This document shows, piece after piece, positions 16,043-23,878 of a stretch of 64,000 bases of DNA. Location of the stretch: IMG/VR virus record IMGVR_UViG_3300029288_004596, positions 152,900-216,899 of that record, one strand, 5' to 3'. How positions within the stretch are numbered: the first letter of the stretch is position 1; each line of letters begins with the position of its first letter. The notes beneath the pieces were generated by a model. It made no database searches. It saw only the letters and a program-made list of their open reading frames with translations, and was not told the DNA's origin. The DNA comes from a virus. Its lineage: Duplodnaviria; Caudoviricetes. A program made the position numbers and the translations under genes.

Positions 16043-16340
16043 GTGCGCTCTTGTAGAGGAAACCCTTAGGGTTATAGATAAGTGGCCAGGGTTCTCTTGG
16101 AGTCTTGTCAAGAGATCCACTGTGGAGAAGAATAGTTTTTACTTTCTAGTCTCCCAGCTATGGTATCTGTATCCCTCTTCTCTTGGATGTTATTCCACTG
16201 GGGACTTAGGCTACTCTATGACTCTGCACATAACATACAACAATCATGTGGTTGGAGGATTAGTGATAGCCCCAACCTTCAAGGAGTTTATAGAGTCCAT
16301 GCTTGTGTCTATAAACTATTTTACTAGGAGATATGTATAG
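16035..16340 (+). CDS. orphan relative of the RxxxG array (N-terminal motif only)
   Basis: MDKCALVEE start via ATGGATAA overlap; ends FTRRYV. Confidence 0.65.
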   Translation: MDKCALVEETLRVIDKWPGFSWSLVKRSTVEKNSFYFLVSQLWYLYPSSLGCYSTGDLGYSMTLHITYNNHVVGGLVIAPTFKEFIESMLVSINYFTRRYV

Positions 16341-16757
16341 ATGGAATATCCTTTCAAGCTTGGAGACAAGATAATAGTTAATCCTCAGGCCCTGTTGGCT
16401 CCTGAGGAACTAGGTTCCCTGCATGCCATAGTCACTGGAGTACAGCTGTACTTGAGTTCTTATAGCTATGATGTGGAACTCCAAGATAACCCTTCTCAGT
16501 TTCTGCCCAACGCCACTATTCCCATGGCCAATGTGGAGTATCTGTCCATGGAAGCGAGTTCAGGCAAGGAGTTTAGGCACCTGCCATTTCCTGGGGACTC
16601 GGTTATGGTAGGGTCTCAGGTCCTTTCAGCTGTCTCAGCTCACTACTTCCTGGATGGACAAGGAGAGATAGCTGGCTCTGTGAGGTGCAATAAAGATGGG
16701 GTTTACTCCAAGCATCAGGTCAAGAATGTTACTGTAATCTCCAGTCTGGAGGAATAA
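16341..16757 (+). CDS. KOW/SH3-like LEE-tail family member 1
   Basis: YPFKLGDKI...PFPGDSV...SLEE*. Confidence 0.75.
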   Translation: MEYPFKLGDKIIVNPQALLAPEELGSLHAIVTGVQLYLSSYSYDVELQDNPSQFLPNATIPMANVEYLSMEASSGKEFRHLPFPGDSVMVGSQVLSAVSAHYFLDGQGEIAGSVRCNKDGVYSKHQVKNVTVISSLEE

Positions 16758-17218
16758 TGGCCAGTAAACCAAAAGTGTGTCCTTTTAGAGTAGGAGAGAT
16801 AGTGGAATATGCCGGGGGTTTGTGGCATATCGCTTCTATGAAGACTTTTAAGACTACCTATTCTATGTATCTAAGAGAGATGAATGAAAACCTAGGAGAC
16901 ATAGCGGCTATCAAGTCAGGTCTGTATGGACGTCTGCGGGAGGTTAAGGATACTGATGAGAAACTTATAATAAGAGCAACCCTCTTTGGACAGAGTTCTA
17001 TAAAGGACTTCTTCTCTGATCATAAGGATGACCATGCTGTGGCTGGGAGCGTTGTGCTTTACAACAATAAGATCCTGACAGTAAATAGAACTAAGGCTCA
17101 GGTCAGATACTCCATAGCGAATGATAAGTTCTTCTTTGATGGCGTAGCCACTCTCAGTGATGGAACCAGATGTTATCTCCATAATCTGTGTGTAATAGGA
17201 GAGGACTTGGAGGAGTAA
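16757..17218 (+). CDS. KOW/SH3-like LEE-tail family member 2
   Basis: CPFRVGEIV...VAGSVV...GEDLEE*. Confidence 0.8.
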   Translation: MASKPKVCPFRVGEIVEYAGGLWHIASMKTFKTTYSMYLREMNENLGDIAAIKSGLYGRLREVKDTDEKLIIRATLFGQSSIKDFFSDHKDDHAVAGSVVLYNNKILTVNRTKAQVRYSIANDKFFFDGVATLSDGTRCYLHNLCVIGEDLEE

Positions 17219-17706
17219 TGCCAAGACCTATCAAGTATCCTCTTCCATGGAAGCCTGGAGATGTATTCTACAAGGATGATCAGCTGGGATATATCTATAA
17301 GATGGAACTCTATAAGACTGTGGCTTACGCCTGGGGGAAAACTCTATTGTCCACTAACTCTGCGGAGCAGCTTTTTTCCTGGCTCAAGAACGAAAGGGGC
17401 GGAGCCCAGGTCTTCCTCGACTATGTTAAGGATCTTAAGATAAGACCAGCCCGAGTCTGCAACTGCTCCAATCTCCTGGATGTACATCCTATAGATCCTG
17501 ATCACCTAAGGGACTTGGTTCCAGAGTCTTTAATAATACATAATGGTTCTATAGAGGTGGTTAAGCATATTGTTCATCTAATTTATATTAAGAATCCTTT
17601 TGGAGTCCTTGACCTCAAGACTTCCGCACACCTTATAGGTAAGGGAGATTGTTCTATAGAGGGTTGTATTCCATGCTCAGGAGAAGGACAATGGCTGGAG
17701 GAATAG
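17218..17706 (+). CDS. KOW/SH3-like LEE-tail family member 3
   Basis: LPWKPGDVF...QWLEE*; TAATG coupling. Confidence 0.75.
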   Translation: MPRPIKYPLPWKPGDVFYKDDQLGYIYKMELYKTVAYAWGKTLLSTNSAEQLFSWLKNERGGAQVFLDYVKDLKIRPARVCNCSNLLDVHPIDPDHLRDLVPESLIIHNGSIEVVKHIVHLIYIKNPFGVLDLKTSAHLIGKGDCSIEGCIPCSGEGQWLEE

Positions 17707-18161
17707 AATATCAGATAGGAGACTTGATTAAGACTCCTGAAACTGTAGGGTACATCAGCAGAACTAAACGCTCTAGAGACGAGTACACTGTGCATATCAG
17801 GAACATGACAAACTTCTCTCCAGACAGGCTTCCCAAAGAAGAGGACTTCCAGGACCTGAGAGTCTTCAGAGCTCTTGCCTACGACTCGACAGCCTTTTAT
17901 GTTCCAGAAGCGTTAGAGCATCTTAACATAAAAGGAAGGACCTCTATCATGGATCTAGTTCCTAGAAAAGGAGAGGATAATCTTTTCGTATACCCTGGCA
18001 GTCTAGTGTTGTCCGAGGGCAGAATTTGTGTGGTTACTTCAGTAAGCCATATAATATACAGGAATGATATCGGTCCTGATTCATTGTGCACTTATATAAG
18101 ATGTGAACTTGGGGAGGTCAAAGCCAACAACTTTGTTTTGTTGGAGGACTTGGAGGAATAA
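17691..18161 (+). CDS. KOW/SH3-like LEE-tail family member 4
   Basis: YQIGDLI...VYPGSLV...LEDLEE*. Confidence 0.75.
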   Translation: MAGGIEYQIGDLIKTPETVGYISRTKRSRDEYTVHIRNMTNFSPDRLPKEEDFQDLRVFRALAYDSTAFYVPEALEHLNIKGRTSIMDLVPRKGEDNLFVYPGSLVLSEGRICVVTSVSHIIYRNDIGPDSLCTYIRCELGEVKANNFVLLEDLEE

Positions 18162-18613
18162 TGGCTTCTAAGAGAGTGTCCTGTCCTTTCAGGGTAGGAG
18201 ACGTGATAAAATATGAAGGAAGTCCCGCGCATGTAGTTGGAGTAGAGACTTGGAAGACTACCTATTCTATAAGCTACAGGAGATTTACCGCTGCCATAGA
18301 GGACGAACAGACTCTCAGGAGATGCCTCTTTGGTCTGCACTATTGTATAAGGAACGCTGAGAAGGTTAAGATAGAAAAAAGCGATATCCTAGGGCACACT
18401 TCCATAACCAGTCTCTTTGAAGGGGTCAGGCAGCATCCTGTCACAGGAAGCCTTGTGGTGTATGGAGACAAGATGTATTCAGTTTCCCATGTCAGTGTCT
18501 ACGCCCGCATTTACGCAGACGCTTATTATGTGGAAGGCACAGCTAGAATAGATGGAGGTTACAACCATTTTATCAGCAACCTCACTCTTGTGGGAGATGA
18601 TCTAGAGGAATGA
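18161..18613 (+). CDS. KOW/SH3-like LEE-tail family member 5
   Basis: CPFRVGDVI...PVTGSLV...GDDLEE*. Confidence 0.8.
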   Translation: MASKRVSCPFRVGDVIKYEGSPAHVVGVETWKTTYSISYRRFTAAIEDEQTLRRCLFGLHYCIRNAEKVKIEKSDILGHTSITSLFEGVRQHPVTGSLVVYGDKMYSVSHVSVYARIYADAYYVEGTARIDGGYNHFISNLTLVGDDLEE

Positions 18614-19050
18614 AGAATTACAAGTGTCCTTTCAGAGTAGGGGATATAGTAGTCTGCGATGGAATACATGGGATCATCCATTACATGGAGCAGTATAAGA
18701 CTGTGGCTTATTTATGGATCTGGTATGGAGATCATGATAACCTCAAAGATATTTACTGGAATGGCAACTCTTATAAGGTTAGAGTTGACAACCAGCGAAC
18801 TATAGAGAAGAAACCCATGTTTAGCCATAGTTCTTTTTCTGAACTCTATATGGATGCAGAGGACTATCACCCTATGGTTGGGGATCTGGTAATCTCTTCC
18901 TCTGGAATCCATAAGGTCGTCCATACTGACTTGGGAGTCAACATAGTGGATGACACTTTCTATATCAGAGGACATGTTAAGTTAGATAATGGGGATATGG
19001 TAAGGCTTTTTGATGTCTCTTACCTTGCGGGAGGAGACTTGGAAGAATGA
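18610..19050 (+). CDS. KOW/SH3-like LEE-tail family member 6
   Basis: CPFRVGDIV...PMVGDLV...GGDLEE*. Confidence 0.8.
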   Translation: MKNYKCPFRVGDIVVCDGIHGIIHYMEQYKTVAYLWIWYGDHDNLKDIYWNGNSYKVRVDNQRTIEKKPMFSHSSFSELYMDAEDYHPMVGDLVISSSGIHKVVHTDLGVNIVDDTFYIRGHVKLDNGDMVRLFDVSYLAGGDLEE

Positions 19051-19514
19051 GCAAGAAGAGAGTGGTCTGTCCCTTTAGAGTGGGAGATATAGTAGAGTAT
19101 AACAATCGCAAGTATTGTATCACATTCCTGGAGACTTGGAAAACCACCTACTCTATGAGTCTTTTAAAGCTCAACTCGGAGGCCAGGGATGTGGAGGAAC
19201 TTAAGAACTTCCTTGGTGGAAGAGCTATTAATCACAGGAATGCTGAAGGATTCCCTATGAAGAAGAGTTCTATACTGGGATACTCCTCTATGCTTGGACT
19301 CTTCCAGAGCAAGAACTGGGATCGTGAACAGCCAGTGACTGGGGACCTTGTCCTTTTCATGGATAAACTCTTTACAGTGACGTCTACTTATCTGTATGCC
19401 GTCACTTATTCAGGAGCCTTTGATATAGATGGAACTGTGAGAGTTGATGATGAGTATAATTCCAGGCGCTATTTGGAATCTGTTCGGGTGATGGGAGATG
19501 ACTTAGAAGAATGA
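19047..19514 (+). CDS. KOW/SH3-like LEE-tail family member 7
   Basis: CPFRVGDIV...PVTGDLV...GDDLEE*. Confidence 0.8.
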   Translation: MSKKRVVCPFRVGDIVEYNNRKYCITFLETWKTTYSMSLLKLNSEARDVEELKNFLGGRAINHRNAEGFPMKKSSILGYSSMLGLFQSKNWDREQPVTGDLVLFMDKLFTVTSTYLYAVTYSGAFDIDGTVRVDDEYNSRRYLESVRVMGDDLEE

Positions 19515-19963
19515 CAGATGAATGTTTGATAATGTTGGACTCCATGTTCGCCAAGGTTGAGATTCTCTCTTCTAGCGGAGACTACCTGAGAGCCTCCTCT
19601 ATGTGTGACTCTATAAAGAGACACATAAAGACTCTTCAGAACAGGGTCTCTTCAGTAGCTGGAGGAGCTGGAGCTATCATGGGCGGAGTGGCTGGAATAG
19701 CGGCTCCTGGCATAGGCAATGTGACTGGAGCTATTATAGGAGCTTCCCTCTTCCATTGGTTCTTTAAGTTTATCGTAGGAAGAGGATTGTATTATCCTAA
19801 CACTATAGAGGAAGTGATAGATCTGGCTTCCTCTCTTCGACTGGAATGCGTGGCTCTCAGGGTAGAGAGCGAACACATGGCAAATGGGGATATTCCAACG
19901 AGAGCTCTTCCCAAGGTGGAAGCTCTAAAGAAATGGGATGCCCTGAAGAAAAAGCTTTTTTAG
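19511..19963 (+). CDS. glycine-zipper membrane-associated protein
   Basis: VAGGAGAIMGGVAGIAAPGIGNVTGAIIGA GxxxG-rich segment. Confidence 0.65.
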   Translation: MTDECLIMLDSMFAKVEILSSSGDYLRASSMCDSIKRHIKTLQNRVSSVAGGAGAIMGGVAGIAAPGIGNVTGAIIGASLFHWFFKFIVGRGLYYPNTIEEVIDLASSLRLECVALRVESEHMANGDIPTRALPKVEALKKWDALKKKLF

Positions 19964-19971
19964 GAGACGAC

Positions 19972-20325
19972 ATGGAAATCACAGTAATGGGGTCTTTTAA
20001 CTCCCAGACAATCCCTGACACAAAAGACCCAGTAGTCCTCAGGGCTACCAATGAGGGAGTGCAAGTGATAGATACGGCTATATCTTCCAGGCTGGCCAGG
20101 ATAATTATTAAGTGGCTGGACGAGAAGAGAGAAGCTGGATCAACTGACTTATCAGAAGTTGACTCCTGTCCTGTCGGGGACTCTCTGGTCTTCAGGTTTA
20201 GGAGGGTGGCTGGTTATGTCTCTGGGTGGCTGGAGTCCCAGGATGGGGGCAATCCCAAGAGAGCCAAGTTTGATATACTGGCTATGCCTGTAGCAGGCAT
20301 ACCGGAACTGCTGAAGCATATATGA
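19972..20325 (+). CDS. hypothetical protein
   Basis: AGGAGA SD then ATG (MEITVMG...). Confidence 0.65.
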   Translation: MEITVMGSFNSQTIPDTKDPVVLRATNEGVQVIDTAISSRLARIIIKWLDEKREAGSTDLSEVDSCPVGDSLVFRFRRVAGYVSGWLESQDGGNPKRAKFDILAMPVAGIPELLKHI

Positions 20326-20332
20326 TTGGAGG

Positions 20333-20362
20333 TTGCAAGTAACCTTATAGTAATGCTATAAT
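20333..20362 (+). promoter_or_regulatory. sigma70-type promoter
   Basis: TTGCAA-18 nt-TATAAT with extended TG, intergenic before ssb. Confidence 0.7.
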
Positions 20363-20376
20363 GGGCTTGTGAGAAT

Positions 20377-20775
20377 ATGAATAGCATAGTAGTGATAGGC
20401 AGGGTTACCAAAGAACCCGAATATAAAGCCACTGACAGGAGCGCCTTCTCCTCGTTTACAGTGGCTTCTCACAGAAGAGCTGGCGGAGAGGATGTCACAG
20501 ACTTCTTTGACGTCACCGCATTTGGAAAGAGCGGAGAGTTCGTCTCCAACTATGTGTCCAAGGGAGACCTTGTGTACGTGCAGGGAGAGATGAGACAAAG
20601 GACTTACACCAATGCGGCTGGAGTTAAAGTCTACTCATGGGGCATAGGCACCAATGTGGTAGAGAAGCTCTCCTCCACCAGGAAACCAGATGAAGACGCT
20701 GAGACCCCAGATGAGGACTTGGCTGAAAGGATGAGCAACTTACTAGGTGACTCGGGAGCAGAGACTAGCCGTTGA
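20377..20775 (+). CDS. ssb: single-stranded DNA-binding protein
   Basis: MNSIVVIGRVTKEPE...TDFFDVTAFGK...KGDLVYVQG OB-fold signature. Confidence 0.9.
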   Translation: MNSIVVIGRVTKEPEYKATDRSAFSSFTVASHRRAGGEDVTDFFDVTAFGKSGEFVSNYVSKGDLVYVQGEMRQRTYTNAAGVKVYSWGIGTNVVEKLSSTRKPDEDAETPDEDLAERMSNLLGDSGAETSR

Positions 20776-21469
20776 ACGAGTTGCGACGGCCCGAGATGAC
20801 AAGGAGAAACAAGAAGCTATTGAGAAAGCCGTCAAGGTGTTTGAGCCGCTCATATATCTTACCATAGAGAAGAAAGGCTCTTCCCTGCATGGAGATGACA
20901 TGGCTGATCTTGTGCAGAATGCCAGGATAGTCATATATGATGCGTTAACTAAGTTTGACCAGTCTAAGGGAGTGGAGTTTACCACCTACCTTATCAAATC
21001 CTTGAGGTCTTCCATATCCAGATCGGAGAAGAAGGCCTCTAAGAATCCCTCTGGTCAGGGGAAGAAGTGGGACATAGAAAATGCCACAGACAAATTCATA
21101 TCGGAGAAAGGGAGGTCCCCTGACAGGGCTGAACTCGCAGAGTTTATGGGTTTGTCTCAGGAGCAGTATGACTATGCTGAAGCTATGTCTAAGACTGTGT
21201 CCCATGCTGAGTTCTGCGAGGAGACATTCGCTTCTGATAGCGAAGATATTCTCTTTGAGTCAGACTTTATGGAAGTGTATTCTTCTCTTCCAGAGAAAGT
21301 CCAGACCATAATATCCATGCGAGCTCAGCAATATACATTCTCAGAGATAGGAGAGGCGATGGGACTTTCGGATTCCCAGGTGAGGAATCTGCTGGTCCGA
21401 TATAGAGACGAGATCTCTAGACTCATGGTGGATAAAGGTTATGAAAAATGGGATTACGATAGTAAATGA
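20747..21469 (+). CDS. sigma70-family sigma factor (phage-encoded)
   Basis: DLVQNA...DALTKFDQSKGVEFTTY (region 2), GRSPDRAELAEFMG (region 3), TFSEIGEAMGLSDSQV (region 4 HTH). Confidence 0.85.
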   Translation: MTREQRLAVERVATARDDKEKQEAIEKAVKVFEPLIYLTIEKKGSSLHGDDMADLVQNARIVIYDALTKFDQSKGVEFTTYLIKSLRSSISRSEKKASKNPSGQGKKWDIENATDKFISEKGRSPDRAELAEFMGLSQEQYDYAEAMSKTVSHAEFCEETFASDSEDILFESDFMEVYSSLPEKVQTIISMRAQQYTFSEIGEAMGLSDSQVRNLLVRYRDEISRLMVDKGYEKWDYDSK

Positions 21470-21941
21470 TGGGGTGGATGTCCAGGTTCCCAATGGGGGA
21501 ATTATCTACCTAGATAGCGGTGTTATGGTTATATATCACACAGGAGTGCCTGTAAGTGGCATCTCCGATGGGTGGTCAGGCGCTTGGATTACAACCAGAG
21601 ATTCTCTGCTAGATGTTCTCTCTGATACAGATTATGTTATTAATAAGACTTTCTGTGACATAGACTCGACAACCAGCTATCAGAATATAGTATCTCTTTT
21701 TGGGACATCCCTAAAACCAGGGGATGGCGAGAAGACTCTGGATATCCTGGTGGATTCGGCTCTGGTTCCTCCTGAAGATGTGGCGCAAGAGATTGCCACT
21801 CTCCTTGGGGTCTCTCCAGATGAAGTCTTTGAAGCTATAAAGTTTACTGAGTTTCCTGAGAGAGATGATATCTTGCATGACATCTTGGAACCAGTTATAG
21901 AGCTTTTGTCAAAGGGGGACGATGGCGATGAGGTGCTATAA
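21441..21941 (+). CDS. hypothetical acidic protein
   Basis: ORF in gene run. Confidence 0.6.
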   Translation: MKNGITIVNDGVDVQVPNGGIIYLDSGVMVIYHTGVPVSGISDGWSGAWITTRDSLLDVLSDTDYVINKTFCDIDSTTSYQNIVSLFGTSLKPGDGEKTLDILVDSALVPPEDVAQEIATLLGVSPDEVFEAIKFTEFPERDDILHDILEPVIELLSKGDDGDEVL

Positions 21942-22680
21942 TAACAAGACTCATAGATATGAGACTATAGACGATCTGACTGGGGCTGTGATTGATACAA
22001 ACCCTATTCCAGTTTCTAAGAAGGATAACAGGACTCCTATTGAGCTTACCTCCATGGACGCCAGACAACTGGTGCCCCATTCAGCTACGCCCAAGTATGA
22101 GTTCTCTCTAGATCCAGGCATTATAGTTTCCAGAGAAGTTTTGCAGAGACTGAGATTTTATATAGGTCTCACAGACACTGAAGTAGGCTGGTATGGACTG
22201 GTCAAGAGGAGAGGGTGGCACTTCTATCTTTATGATGTTTTCCTGCCAGAGCAGGATGTGCACTCCACAACCACTGAACTAACCACTCAGGGTCAGGCTC
22301 AGACTATGAATGACATCATAGCCAAGTATGGGCCTGATGGACCCAATGATCTAAAGTTGTGGGGTCATTCCCATGTCAAGATGGGCACCTCTCCTTCCGG
22401 CCAAGACCAGGATCAGATGGATCAGTTTGAGAAGAATGGAGCTCCCTGGTTTATAAGGCTCATAGCCAATAAGATGGGGAGAATGGAGTTCACTATCTTT
22501 GACTACAAGCAGCACATAGTGATTTCCGACTGCCCATGGGTGATAGAGGAAACTAAGGACACTGAGTTTGAGAAGGCCATAGCTGAAGAGATGTCCGCTA
22601 AGGTGTTCTCCAAGTCCTATCAGACTTATAACTCTCAGGGTCAGGATTGGTATAAGGGTTATAAAAACTATGGACTTTAA
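21922..22680 (+). CDS. JAB/MPN (JAMM) metalloprotease
   Basis: TEVGWYG (catalytic Glu) and HSH-x7-S-x2-D (WGHSHVKMGTSPSGQD). Confidence 0.85.
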   Translation: MAMRCYNNKTHRYETIDDLTGAVIDTNPIPVSKKDNRTPIELTSMDARQLVPHSATPKYEFSLDPGIIVSREVLQRLRFYIGLTDTEVGWYGLVKRRGWHFYLYDVFLPEQDVHSTTTELTTQGQAQTMNDIIAKYGPDGPNDLKLWGHSHVKMGTSPSGQDQDQMDQFEKNGAPWFIRLIANKMGRMEFTIFDYKQHIVISDCPWVIEETKDTEFEKAIAEEMSAKVFSKSYQTYNSQGQDWYKGYKNYGL

Positions 22681-23341
22681 CAGGCAACTCTCAGTCCTTG
22701 ATCCGGGGAAAATATATTCTAAGAGAATCGACCTCATAGGAGTTGGGGCTACTGGTTCCTACATAGCCTGGCTCCTGTCTAAGATAGGAGCTGGGTGTCT
22801 CCACCTATGGGATGGGGATGAGGTCTCTGATGTGAATATCTGCAATCAGATGTTCAGGGAAGACCAGGTGGGAAGACCTAAGGTCCTGGCTGTGAGTGAG
22901 ATGATAAAGGCTGGCTCCGGCATCAAGGCCAATATGCACATGCAGATGATTGAAGGCAAGGAAGAGCTGGGGGAGATAGTGTTTCTCCTCACAGACTCCA
23001 TGTCTTCCAGACAGGCAATATGGGACTCTTGCATTAAAGGGTCTTGCTCCCTTATGATAGAGACAAGGATGGGAGCTGATGAGGGACGGGTCTATGCTGT
23101 AGATCCTAAAGACGAGAAACAGTGCGCATGGTGGGAAGCCACCCTGTGCAAGGACGAGGAGGCCCAGGTATCCGCCTGCGGAACTTCTATGTCCATAGCT
23201 CCCACTGCCGCCTTGGTAGCTTCTGTGGCAGTATGGCAGCTAATAAAGTATCTGAATGAAGACTACATAGAACATGGTCTGGTATTCACCACCAAAAATT
23301 TCAATATTTTCGAGCAGAAAGTAGGAGGACGACATGGTTAG
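22670..23341 (+). CDS. ThiF/E1-family adenylyltransferase
   Basis: IGVGATGS, DGDEVSDVNICNQ, GRPKV, TDSMSSR; candidate catalytic Cys in SACGT. Confidence 0.9.
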   Translation: MDFNRQLSVLDPGKIYSKRIDLIGVGATGSYIAWLLSKIGAGCLHLWDGDEVSDVNICNQMFREDQVGRPKVLAVSEMIKAGSGIKANMHMQMIEGKEELGEIVFLLTDSMSSRQAIWDSCIKGSCSLMIETRMGADEGRVYAVDPKDEKQCAWWEATLCKDEEAQVSACGTSMSIAPTAALVASVAVWQLIKYLNEDYIEHGLVFTTKNFNIFEQKVGGRHG

Positions 23342-23537
23342 AATTTATGTTCCTGGAGCGCCAGTGAGAGAGGTTGCTTGGCAGCCTGGCATGACAGTGG
23401 CGGAGGCTTGCTCCGCAGCTGGAATAGTCCCAACAAACTATGATGTGCAGTTGGCTGGTTTCCCAGCTCAGCTGGAAGACACCATAGAGACAGAGGACGA
23501 CGCTATCACCCTGGCCACCAGAATCAAAGGAAACTAG
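23334..23537 (+). CDS. ubiquitin-like (beta-grasp) protein
   Basis: 67 aa, GMTVAEAC...D-AITL pattern, ends TRIKG-N; directly after E1. Confidence 0.78.
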   Translation: MVRIYVPGAPVREVAWQPGMTVAEACSAAGIVPTNYDVQLAGFPAQLEDTIETEDDAITLATRIKGN

Positions 23538-23567
23538 CAGTTAACAACTGCTACGCTAGGAGAATCT

Positions 23568-23870
23568 ATGGCTTATAGAATTAGACCTCTGGGGAATTAT
23601 GTGGTTATCAAACTACATGAGGAAGCGGAGAAAACTACCGCGGGAGGGATAGTCCTTCCCGCGTCTACTATGCAGAGACCCTCTCTCGCTGAGGTTATGG
23701 AAGTGGGACCGGGTCTCGTGAACATCAATGGCAAGACAATCCCTGTCTGTGTAAGCCCTGGAGACAGCGTGCTCATAAACAGACACGCCCCTGTTGAATG
23801 GGAGCTTCCAGATGGAAGCAAGATTCACATAATACCAGAGGGAGACATAATTGCCATTATCTCAGAGTAG
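23568..23870 (+). CDS. groES: co-chaperonin GroES
   Basis: IRPLGNYVVI, TTAGGIVLP, EVGPG, VSPGDSV, EGDIIAII. Confidence 0.92.
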   Translation: MAYRIRPLGNYVVIKLHEEAEKTTAGGIVLPASTMQRPSLAEVMEVGPGLVNINGKTIPVCVSPGDSVLINRHAPVEWELPDGSKIHIIPEGDIIAIISE

Positions 23871-23878
23871 GAGATACT

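Noticed and set aside
22670-23537. ThiF/ThiS thiamine or MoeB/MoaD sulfur-carrier pair
   Set aside because: No thiG/moaE or rhodanese is nearby, and the neighbours are JAB and E2-like genes, which favours conjugation. Not formally excluded.
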